DNA of 60,533 bases, from NCBI RefSeq assembly GCF_004010195.1, contig NC_057719.1, positions 22,064,437 through 22,124,969 of the forward strand, written 5' to 3'. The notes under the pieces are model-generated. The model searched no databases, was not told where the DNA came from, and saw only the letters and a list, made by a program, of their open reading frames with translations. Below are positions 1 to 9,869 of this stretch, in pieces. The stretch comes from Chiloscyllium plagiosum (lineage: Eukaryota). The number at the start of each line of letters is the position of its first letter. The first letter of the stretch is position 1. Made by a program: the position numbers and the translations under genes.

Positions 1-174
1 AATAGAATTATGGTTGCTGGCCCCAAAGTGCTCTCCCACTGACACCTCAGTCACCTGCCCTGCCTTATTTCCCAAGAGTAGGTCAAGTTTTGCACCTTCT
101 CTGGTAGGTACATCCACATACTGAATCAGAAAATTGTCTTGCACACACTTAACAAATTCCTCTCCAGCTAAACC
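1..174 (-). mobile_element. CR1 LINE ORF2 fragment, APE-type endonuclease C-terminal part (runs off the window)
   Basis: The minus strand translates GLAGEEFVKCVQDNFLIQYVDVPTREGAKLDLLLGNKAGQVTEVSVGEHFGASNHNSI. This contains the PTR..LDL..(S)DH motifs of the LINE APE endonuclease. Confidence 0.9.
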
Positions 175-379
175 AGTATGGCAGAGTATGTTCTGCTTTT
201 ATAAGTACGTCAAATTGTGCATGAAAAGACTCGAATTAATCTCTGATCAGGATATTCATCAAAGGCACCAGACAACCAGATAAACCTTTAATCGCAGACC
301 TTGACTTCTCATTAAGGACCCATCTGGGGATTATTACCCAATATATGTCGAGAAGTTGATGATGCCAAATTTATTTCAT

Positions 380-988
380 GGCTGTGGCCTTCTCTATATT
401 GGGGAGACAGGCCGCCTACTTGCGGAGCGATTCAGGGAGCACCTCTGGGCCACCCGGACGAACCAACCCAACCAACCTGTGGCACAGCATTTCAACTCCC
501 CCTCCCACTCCACCGAGGATATGCAGGTCATTGGACTCATCCACCGCCAAACCACAACAACCCGACGGTCGGAGGAGGAGCGTCTTATCTTCCGACTGGG
601 AACCCTCCAACCGCAGGGGATGAACTTGGACTTCACCAGTTTCTTCATCCCCCCTCCCCCCACCTTGTCTCAGCCGGATCCTTCCAGCCCGGCACCGCCT
701 TCCTGACCTGCAGTCTTCTTCTTGACCTCTCCGCCTCCACCCTACTCCGACCTATCACCCTCACCTTGACCTCTTTCCACCTATCACATTTCCAACTCCC
801 CTCCTCCAAGTCCCTCCTCCCTACCTTTTATCTTCTCCTGCTGAACACTCTCTGCTCATTCCTGAAGAAGGGCCTGTGCCCGAAACGTCGAATCTCCTGT
901 TCCCTGGATGCTGCCTGACCTGCTGTGCTGTTCCAGCAATAAAGTTTCAACTTTGATCTCCAGCATCTGCAGACCTCACTTTCTCCTC
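380..988 (+). mobile_element. Penelope-like element (PLE), 5'-truncated: GIY-YIG endonuclease C-half plus 3' tail/pseudo-LTR (family A)
   Basis: ORF 356-706 reads CGLLYIGETGRLLAERFREHL...VAQHF...EERLIFRLGTLQPQGMN, with the YIG, R, E and GxN motifs of PLE GIY-YIG. It is followed by a C-rich tract, a hammerhead motif, AATAAA (938-943) and the tail GATCTCCAGCATCTGCAGACCTCACTTTCTCC that recurs across the window. Confidence 0.93.
858..893 (+). ncRNA. Minimal type-I hammerhead ribozyme in PLE 3' region, intact core
   Basis: Stem I ATTC(858-861)/GAAT(890-893), core CTGAAGA(862-868), stem II GGGC-ctgt-GCCC(870-881), GAAA(882-885), palindromic ACGT in place of stem III, and cleavage triplet GTC (predicted cut after C889). 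Confidence 0.85.
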
Positions 989-2129
989 TCCCTTGCTTCA
1001 ACCAATTCAAGTCATATGAGCATTTATAGAAGCAAACTTTCCATCAAGATCACACAAGCAACTGAGTGAGTACATTTTTACTCTCAACTTTTTACTTCTT
1101 AACTCTTTACTCGGCATTATTCTACAGTTGGACAACAATATTATGGACTAAGATATATTTATCAAGTTTGAGTTTAAACATCGATATTTATAGTTAGAAT
1201 TAAGTAATAAACAAATGAAAGTTTGCAAATGCCACTCATTTGTGACAATACTTACAATAATTCACCTTTAATACTCTTTTCTCTTTAAATTTATGATCGT
1301 GATCAATTTCTGAGATTGGTAGTGATTTAATTTAGAATGAGGTACCTTGTATAATTGACAAGGGAATGGCAATTGACAGCCAGGATATAGATCATTTCAA
1401 AATTAGCAATATTCCAGAATTTAAATAACCTCAACTTTGAACAAATTGATTGTCTCACATTTCTGCAGGAAGATGTGTTATTTTTCTGAAACTTCACAGT
1501 GATGAAACACTGCAAAGAGATCTCTAATGCTCAACTCCTGAAGGACGTTTTTTTTTCCATGTTGGTAGTTGAAATTTGGCGAACACACCTAAATTCTCAT
1601 TATCCTACCTCTCTTGACCCTATGAAAGCTTGAATGTTGATATAACATTATTATCTGTCTACTTCTGGCTGGATTGTATGGTTAATTACAATTTTGATGT
1701 TTGTAAACTCTTTCTCACTCTCTATCACACATACTCTCTCTGAGACATGGTTTCTGTTTTTACAGACACAATTACGATCAGAACAATCTCTTATATAAAC
1801 ATTGATAGGAACTGATCTGGATCAGCTATGAAGAAAAATTGCTCAGGCTGATCAATATTTATTATTAGTGAGATATTTTATGGCACACCTTTGGGAGATA
1901 GCCAGGAAGGATAATAGCCACATGGTTTATGTGTTTATGTGTTTAGTTGGTTAAAAAGCTCTAACAAACCTAACCGTTAATAGCAGAAAGCATTGGCCCG
2001 TTAATGATTAATTCTGTTACAAAACTGAAGAAAAGCAGAAAAGAAATCTAGGTTTCTCACTTCTTCTGTTAATCCATTACTACCATTTTGTGCATATGTT
2101 TGGTTTTGCTGCACAATCTGTTGGTATCA

Positions 2130-2325
2130 AAATCACAGAATTGTAATGGTGCAGAAGAAGACACAGTCTGTTGTGACTGCATCAGCTCTCTGAGCATTTT
2201 GATTTATTGCCAATCTCCTGTCTTTTCCCCATATCATTGCACATTATTTCACTTTAAATATTAAACTAGTGCCCTCTTAAATACTTCATTTGAACCTGCA
2301 CTCAATATAGCACTCTTCCATGTGG
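2130..2325 (-). mobile_element. Old CR1 3' tail fragment
   Basis: The AATCACAGAATTGT..GGTGCAGAAGA start and downstream text resemble 8425-8615 and other minus-strand CR1 tails. It is highly diverged. Confidence 0.5.
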
Positions 2326-3124
2326 TGTGCACATGAAAAATGATCATGCAGGCAAGATATCAGAGCACCATCATTGCCAATGCTGTATTAAAATCAGCAG
2401 CTAAGAGAGAAAACATTTAGAAATAAGAGAAAATAAAATCATAACCTTTCACTAGTTTCGAGATTTGCTTTTCCATTTTTTGCAGCTTTCAAGTTAATAT
2501 TGTATTTTTAATCCTTGAATACCAATGGCAGTTGAACTAATCCAATGTGAAATTACTATAGTCATAAAGTTTGAAATGAAATTGATTCATATCTTTTTAA
2601 TATTCTTGTGAATATGGTCATGTTATTTCAACCTGATTATTTAATTGGGTCCTGCATGTTCTGAATTAAGCCAAAACATTTTTATTTCCAATTTGGTGCA
2701 CCATTTGGCATTCCACAACACTGGCAGTGTTTGCATGTTCTATTAATCAAAGTTAATTGAGATTACGTTAACGTCTTCTGCCTGGTTTTCACTGAATGCA
2801 ATTGATACAACTGGAGGTATTAGTCAGCAGGCTGATAGAGAAAAATGTATTTTACCATGTTTTGCTAATTTGGTAGATTGATTGCAGATTTTCCTGTTGA
2901 TTTAGCATTGCTGTTGGATAAAGGAAGTCATTGGAAATTAAAGAACGACTAACTCTCTGGATCTTACGTACTGCGTAACCAAAAAAAAAATTTGGTGACT
3001 AACCAATCTCTTGTGCAAAATTGCAAACTTGTGTTTGAAAGCCATCACACAGTTTTTTTTTCAGCTAGTGTATTCAGTCCTGTAAATTTTCTAATTCCAA
3101 GGCATAAGTTCACGAATCTGACAC

Positions 3125-3230
3125 TTTGACAAATTAAGACTAATGCATCTGCAATTTCCTCACCAACTTTCTAATACCCTCATGCAGACTCCATCACTAC
3201 ATGGAGATTATTTTTACATTAAGTCCCATT
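3125..3230 (-). mobile_element. Highly decayed CR1 ORF2 fragment
   Basis: The minus strand resembles the KSPGPDGIxxRVLxExxEEIAxxLxLIF block seen intact at 23470-23600. Confidence 0.45.
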
Positions 3231-4424
3231 ATTTCATCCATTATCATTATTTTAGCATTTAAACACATTTGTCCCTCTCTTTATTCTTCTTTAATTAGCA
3301 TAGTTTTTTGCCACCCATCACTGGCAAAACAAATAGAAATTGCCAATTTTTAAATCTGTTTTATTACTGTTGATCATAGCCCTTAACCAGTCTTGTAAGC
3401 ATTCATGCTGCTGATCACCTGATCACACCACATATAGGAGATTAATGGATAATGTGAGTCCTGCGTTTGAGGGTGTTATGTGATTCATCTTCCCTGACTC
3501 ATTTATAAGCCAAGTAAATCCACGATATCCTCCTCAAAAATTATCAAATGTTTGTAATTTCCGAGCCATCTTCCAAATAATTTCTCTTTCCTTGTGTTAT
3601 GCGTCATCTATCCTGCAAGCCATAAATAAATTTCTTTGAGGTCATGTATTATAAAATACAGTGACATAAAGATGTCCAACCTTTGGTAATTTAGTTTGCA
3701 TCCATTTGTTAAGTGACTGAATTACATTACAATGATTTTCATGTAGGACTGTTAAATAATATCAGTATGCCATGGATTTTAGATTTAAGTTTTATCCTGA
3801 ATATGTGCTATGCTGCAATATAGGGCAAACACAGTATATGATGGGAGTTATAAATTTATTTAAGGACTCGTTAGGACTAACAAAACATTTTGGCACACAC
3901 TGTGAGGTATATACTTTGCCTACCTATTTGGTACAGAAAGGACTTAATTGTGTCTTTAAAGTTTCTTAAGGCCCCAAGTCCTATGTATATTTTTCAGAAA
4001 TTTTATTCGGACCATTATCTACAATGTGTATCCACTTGGGGAAGTGCTCAGATTGGATCCTCTTGAAAGTCTTCAATTAATCATCCACCAAGCAAGAGAG
4101 TTGGTGCTGTGCTGTGCTTTTCAGGTACACAGAAGTGGTTTCTTTGCCTGTTTTGCTTAGCTATCATCAGCTGTTTGTTTTGAATGGATTTCACTTTATT
4201 ATGTCAGGTCTATTCAGGTCCTGATACTACTATTTGACTATCTGACCATCATTTAGTCCACATTTTAGGAAGACGAAGTCTCATCCATCCCTTGTTCGAT
4301 CAACACATCATACCTGATGGTGCCAACTGCATAGTGCAATATACTGACCAGAAGTCCCCCATAAGTAATTCCCCCCCCTCCACCACCCCGGCAGCCCATC
4401 CTGCCCTGATATTACTGTGATCAC

Positions 4425-4645
4425 ATAAGACCATAAGTTTTCGGAGCAGAATTAGGCCTTTCAGCTCATCAAGTTGGCTTCATTATTCGATCATGGCTGA
4501 TATGTATCTCAACCCCATTCTCTTGCCTTCTCCACCTAACCCTTGATCCCATACCACCCAAAAACTTATCTAACTTGATCTTAACTACACTCAATAACTT
4601 GGCTACAGAAGAATGTGAAGGCAATGATTTCCAAAGATTCACCTA
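4425..4645 (-). mobile_element. CR1 3' tail fragment
   Basis: CATAAGACCATAAG tail repeat, then GGAGCAGAATTAGGCC..TCAGC..ATCATGGCTGAT, a typical CR1 3'UTR in reverse. Confidence 0.75.
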
Positions 4646-5149
4646 AGACCCCTTTCCCTTGAATCTCTTTTATCTTGTGGAAACAGTTCCCATGTGATGG
4701 CCCATGACACCATCGATTCCATGTTCTGGTGGGAATCAAACCTGGTCTTCTTTTATTATTTTTAAGTCCCTTCCATCAGGTCACTTATAAGTCTTCTCCC
4801 ATCCATCTAAGAATCTCAACTTGTTCAATCTTTTCTAATCGTTGTGTCTTCTCAGGTCTGTTAACATGTTTGCAGTTTCTTTTTAACTTCTTCCTGTGTA
4901 GGTCTTGTTTATTGCAATGTGGAGAATGGACCATGGGTATTACAAGTGTGTGTTCCAACCAAAACAGTTATTTTTGAGATCTCATAGTTTCTGTGCTCCA
5001 TCACTTTATTCTCTTAGGTTCCTTCACATTGAATCCCAATTTCTTGCTCTAAGAGTAGGTAAATATCCTTACGTTGCAGTGAATCTCCTACTGAAGGTCT
5101 CAAGGAGGTGTGTTATTGTTTCTATCCTGTCTGGTTAGCCACAATTGGA

Positions 5150-6670
5150 AAGTCACTATGTGAACAAGTACAGCTAATTGCATCAATTAGCTTTACTTTT
5201 CCTATTCGATCTATTCTATTGATCATTTGCAACTGCCCAACAGTGAGGAATAATGTCCAGGTACTTATGCCTTGTCCACAAAATGTTGGATACATCCAAT
5301 CCATTCTCTACTCTCAATCATCAACAAAATAGCAAGATGTATTATTAACAGCACTATCAATTGGCTCTTAGCAATAAGCTCATGGCCTTATTATAGCCTT
5401 GATCCAAAGATGGGCAAAGCAGAACTTTGAACAGATGAGACTGACTTCCCTTGGCATCAAAGCAGTTTTTGACCAAGTATAACCCAAAAAACATTAATAA
5501 AATTGAAGTCAATGGATAGCAAGATAAAACTTCCAACTCATTGAAGTCATTCCTGGCACAAAGAGTTGTTGGAGACTAGTACATTCCTGGAAAAAGTCCT
5601 AAGGGCAGTGTCCTAGGCCAAACTGTCTTCTGTTGCTTCATCTATTGCCTTGTCTACATCATAAGGTCAAAAGTTTTCGAAAGTTTAATTCCTTTTACAT
5701 GTCCTCAGATAAAAAGCCACTGACTCTCCTATAACAATATCCTGAGGGTTACCATTAACCAGAAACCAACTAGGCAACTCAGGTAAACCTGCAACAATGA
5801 AAGCAGGCCAAAGGCTGAGAATTCTGCAGCATGTAATTCTTGACTACGCAAAGCCTGCCCAACATCCAGAGTGTACAAGCTAACAATGTGATATTTCACC
5901 CTTCCCCAATTCCGACAGGTCTCAGAACAAAGCAGCCCACTTGGTTAGTACTCAAACACCACAATAACCATTGACTCATTCCACTCTTTGGGATAGAATG
6001 GTGACTCAGTAGTTAGCACTGTTGTCTCACAGCGACAGGTTCAATTCCACCCTCAGATGATTGAACATTCTCCGCGTGTCTGCGTGGGTTTCCTCTGGGT
6101 TCCTCACAGATGGTCCATGCTAAATTGCCTATAGTGTCAAGGGATATGCAGGTTAGCTGGATTAGCCATGGGGAATGCAGGGGTTACAGGGATAGGGTAG
6201 GAGTTGGTCTGGGTAGGATGCTCTTCAGAGGGTCAGTGTGGACTCGATGGGCTGAATGGTCTGTTTCCACACAGTCGGGATTCTATGATTGACCCCTTGT
6301 GCATAGTGGCTGCATTGTGTATCATTAATGAGATTAATGCAATAACTCACCAATACTCCTGCAGTATCATCCAAATCTGTGACTTTTACCACTTAAAAGA
6401 ACAAGTGCACCAAACACAGTGAGACACCAGTACTAAATGTCCATCCAAGCAGTTAACATTCTGACTTGTAAATACATCACCTTTCTTTCACAGTCACTGA
6501 GTTAAAATCCTGAAACTCCATCCTTAATGTCACTATGGCTGTACCTCCACCATATGATCAGGGCAGTTCAACAAGATGGCTCATGACCATTTTCTCAAAG
6601 ACAACTTAGAATGAGCAATAAACACTAGCACTACCAGCAACACACACCTTCCAAAAGTGAATAAAATGGG
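5150..6670 (+). mobile_element. Decayed LINE of a second CR1/L2-group family (RT region to 3' end), interrupted by an HE1 SINE
   Basis: Collinear with the reverse complement of 58300-59815 (..LDIKAxFDxV..PQGSVLGP.. region; 3' end ..GCAATAAA..CCAGCAA..GTGAATAAAA). Many stops and frameshifts. Confidence 0.7.
5990..6290 (+). mobile_element. HE1-type tRNA-derived V-SINE, older copy with internal deletions
   Basis: Head GGTGACTCAGTAGTTAGCACTG..GGTTCAATTCC, core GTGTCTGCGTGGGTTTCCTC..GCTAAATTGCC and CR1-like tail. Aligns to 9566-9869. Confidence 0.85.
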
Positions 6671-6814
6671 CCACTGTAGAAAGTAACTTATCATTCATCT
6701 TCTTGAGGTTCAGAATCTGTTAAAAAATCTAATTCAAAGAACTTAACAAATAAAGTGGAAAAACTGAATGAAAAGCAAAAACTGCCCAAGTGGCCTGACC
6801 ATCACAATTCATAT

Positions 6815-6925
6815 TTTTTACTCAATCTGTTCAGAGATATTATTACACACCTCTAAAGCAGGTTGGACTTGAACTCAAGCCTCCTGACCCAGAGATAGAG
6901 TCACTACCACTACGCTAAAAAGCAC
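6815..6925 (-). mobile_element. Short (~110 bp) tRNA-like SINE
   Basis: The reverse complement has GTAGTGGTAGTGACTCTATCTCTGGGTCAGGAGGCTTGAGTTCAAGTCC (A/B-box-like) and aligns to 53760-53872 and 25040-25490. Confidence 0.65.
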
Positions 6926-6939
6926 CATCACAATTTGTT

Positions 6940-7770
6940 TACATTGTTGTTTGTAATATATATAAATGATATGGAGGAAAATGTACACAGTCTGATTCAG
7001 AAGTTTTCAAATGACACCAAAATTGCTGGAGTTGCAGATAGTGAGGAGGATTGTCAAAAGATACAACAGGATATAGATAGATTGCGGATTTGGGCAGAGA
7101 AATGACAGATCGCACCAAATCCAGACAAATGCGAGGTGAGGCATTTTGGAAACTCTCATTCGGGTGGGAATTGTAGAGAAAATGGCAGAATCAATAAGAG
7201 CACTGATATACAGAGGGATTTGGGCATACAGGTCCACAGTTCCCTGAAAGTGGCAACACAGTTGGATAAGGTGGTCAAGCATGCTTGCCTTCATAGGCCA
7301 GGACATCGAATATAAACGATGGCAAGTTATGTTACAGTAGTACAAAACATTAGTTCGGCCGCATTTGGCATATTGCGTGTGGTTCTGGTCACATGTATAC
7401 TTTGGAGATGCTGCAGAGAAGGTTTACCAGGATGTTGCCTGGTCTGGAGAGTTTTAGTTATGAGGATAGGTGGGAAAAACTTGGATTGTTTTCACTGGAA
7501 GGACAAAGGCTGAGGGATACCCTGATAGAGGTCTACAAAATTATGAAAGGCATTGATTGGGTGGATAGTCAGAGGCTTTTTCCCAGAGTGGAAATGTCAA
7601 CTACAAGAGAGCACAAATTCAAGTTGAGAGGGGGAAAGTTTAGGGCAGAAGTGCAGAGAAAATATTTCACACAGAGGGGAATAAGTAGTGGGTCTAAATA
7701 GGGATTAGGAATTGGTGCAGGCTTGGTGAGCTGAAGGGCCTGTTCCTGTGCCGTACTGCATAGTATTGTA
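6940..7770 (+). mobile_element. CR1 LINE, RT C-terminus to 3' end, degenerate
   Basis: Fragments YINDMEE..KFSNDTKI, QRRFTRMLPGLESFSYEDR..LFSLE..LIEVYKIMKGID; 3' end GAAGGGCCTGTTCCTGTG. Confidence 0.92.
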
Positions 7771-8356
7771 CTGTTTTTTTTCTCTTTTTTTAACGTATCC
7801 AGAAGTGCTCCTACACACAATGGAACAATTTTCTTCACCATCAGCAAATCATCCGTGGTATTTTTTTCATCTACTAACCAACATCAGTAAAGCTCGTGAT
7901 TTTCAATTGATTATTTTATGTTCAAAGCCCATTAAGGGAAAATCACCATTTAGTTTTGCCTTTTGTTTCTAATACCATCACTAATTATTTGCCGATTCTT
8001 AATTCATAAAATCTGTTAAGTGTTTTAGAGTTCATCAAATATTTATGTATGAAGTGTTGAAATGGTCCAAATCAAAAAGAAAACTATTTCATGACTGAAT
8101 ATGTGAAGACAATAACAGTCATCACTGAGTGATAGCAGTATATTTTTATATAAGTATCATGTTATTGCAAATACTGTACTTCTATCACCAAACATGTTGG
8201 GGCCCCTGCCGTTTGGAATGCACAATACAAATTTCATACCTGCTAGTCACGGCATATAAATATTCTAACCTCTAACAGGGAAAGATGATGGACAGAGGGA
8301 AGGAGTTCATTGCAACAGAAATGGATGAAATCTTTGCTGCTCAATTTGCTCTGGAG

Positions 8357-8377
8357 ATATATATATATATATATATT
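8357..8377. repeat. (TA)n microsatellite
   Basis: About 10 TA units seen directly. Confidence 0.9.
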
Positions 8378-8424
8378 ATGTAAACCACATGTCTGCTAAA
8401 ATAGGTAAAGATGAATTGAGTAGG

Positions 8425-8615
8425 GAATCACAAAATTGTTATGGTGCAGAAGATGACCGTTCAGCCCAGCATGAATTCACTGGCTGTCTAAGCATTTTGG
8501 TGCTGATCTTTTGCCTTTTCCACACATATTATTTATATTTAAATCATCATCCAATACCTGCTTGAATCTTCAGTTAAATCTGGCTCCACCACAGTTCTGG
8601 GCAGTGCATTCCAAA
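8425..8615 (-). mobile_element. Old CR1 3' tail
   Basis: AATCACAAAATTG..GGTGCAGAAGA..TTCAGCCCA..CTCCACCACA..GGCAGTGCATTCCA, matching the other minus-strand CR1 tails. Confidence 0.65.
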
Positions 8616-8622
8616 CTCGGTA

Positions 8623-8741
8623 AAAGTGAGGACTGCAGATGATAGAAATCAGAGTTTAGATCAGAGTGGTGCTGGAAAAGCACAGCAGGTCAGGCAGCAT
8701 TCAAGGAGCAGGAAAGTTGACGTTTTGGGCAAAAGCCCTTC
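8623..8741 (-). mobile_element. PLE 3' tail fragment (family A), truncated inside the hammerhead core
   Basis: The reverse complement GAAGGGCTTTTGCCCAAAACGTCAAC..GCTGCCTGACCTGCTGTGCTTTTCCAGC..CTGCAGTCCTCACTTTT aligns to 867-985. Confidence 0.85.
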
Positions 8742-9016
8742 GACCAACTTGCTTTTTTTTTAAACATACCATACATTTGTTTTTCTCACAAAATATTTTA
8801 AATCTATGGTGTTATGTCCTGAATACTCTTACAAGCAGGAACAGTTTCTCCATATCTACTACTTTTGGGAAATCTACAACTCAATTTTGAAATCAACAAT
8901 TAAGTGATATTGCTCACATCTGTTCTTGAGAAAGATTATCCACAAAGTATGGGTTTTATTTTCCAAGTATAGACTTACTTTCAAAGTAAAAATGGTAACC
9001 TTTTCCCTAAGGTTGT

Positions 9017-9238
9017 TGAAATAACTCCTAAGGCTGGTATTCCATCACCAAGTCATGCTTTATTTACATATGCCTAGAACTTGACATTCCTCAGAGCCAG
9101 CTCTGAGTGAGCCGAACCTCTGACACTCTTGAATACATCTGTCAGCCAGGGCTCCCTGATTGCACCAGGTTAACAGCCCCAATCAGGGAACTCCTATTCT
9201 ATGAGGTCCACCTGGCTGATCTCATCACGATCACTACA
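9017..9238 (-). mobile_element. Solo LTR (222 bp) of an LTR retrotransposon with 5-bp TSD
   Basis: TG...CA termini (TGAAATAAC...CACTACA), perfect flanking GTTGT at 9012-9016 and 9239-9243, and AATAAA on the minus strand (~9059-9064). Confidence 0.8.
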
Positions 9239-9565
9239 GTTGTAATCTGTAGATTATTTCCAATACCGATTATCCTTCACGTTTTAAATGGCCCTGATAT
9301 TCAAATGGGCAGATAGTTATTGGACCGACACAGAATGGAGTTCTGCATTAGGACTTTGTGGAATCACTGACACAGCAGCTTCTGATGGACAAATCGCTGG
9401 GCGAAGAATCATCTGGAAATCCACGGTCCGTGACTCTGGAGATTTTTAACTTCATTAAATGTAATATTTACAAGAAAAGTTAAAGGATCAAAAAATTTCC
9501 TGTAGGTTCTGGGGCTGATTAAACTGACATTCTCAAATAATTTCTGAACCCTGCAGCTAAACTTT

Positions 9566-9869
9566 GGGTGGCACGTGGCACAGTGGTTAGCACTGCTGCC
9601 TCACAGCGCCAGAGACCCGGGTTCAATTCCCGCCTCAGGCGACTGACTGTGTGGAGTTTGCACATTCTCCCCGTGTCTGCATGGGTTTCCTCCAGGTGCT
9701 CCAGTTTCCTCCCACAGTCCAAAAATGTGCAGGTTAGGTGAATTGGCCATGCTAAATTGCCCGTAGTGTCGGGGAATGGGTCTGGGTGGGTTGCGCTTCG
9801 GCGGATCGGTGTGGACTTGTTGGGCCGAAGGGCCTGTTTCCACACTATAAGTAATCTAATCTAATCTAA
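9566..9869 (+). mobile_element. HE1-type V-SINE, young near full-length copy
   Basis: Pol III A box TGGCACAGTGG (9576-9586), B box GGTTCAATTCC (9620-9630), V-core GTGTGGAGTTTGCACATTCTCCCCGTGTCTGC..., CR1-like GGCCGAAGGGCCTGTTTCCACACT and (AATCT)n tail. Confidence 0.95.

Noticed and set aside
9566..9640. tRNA gene
   Set aside because: The A/B boxes belong to a SINE head that continues into the V-core and LINE-like tail. The same applies to the other HE1 copies.
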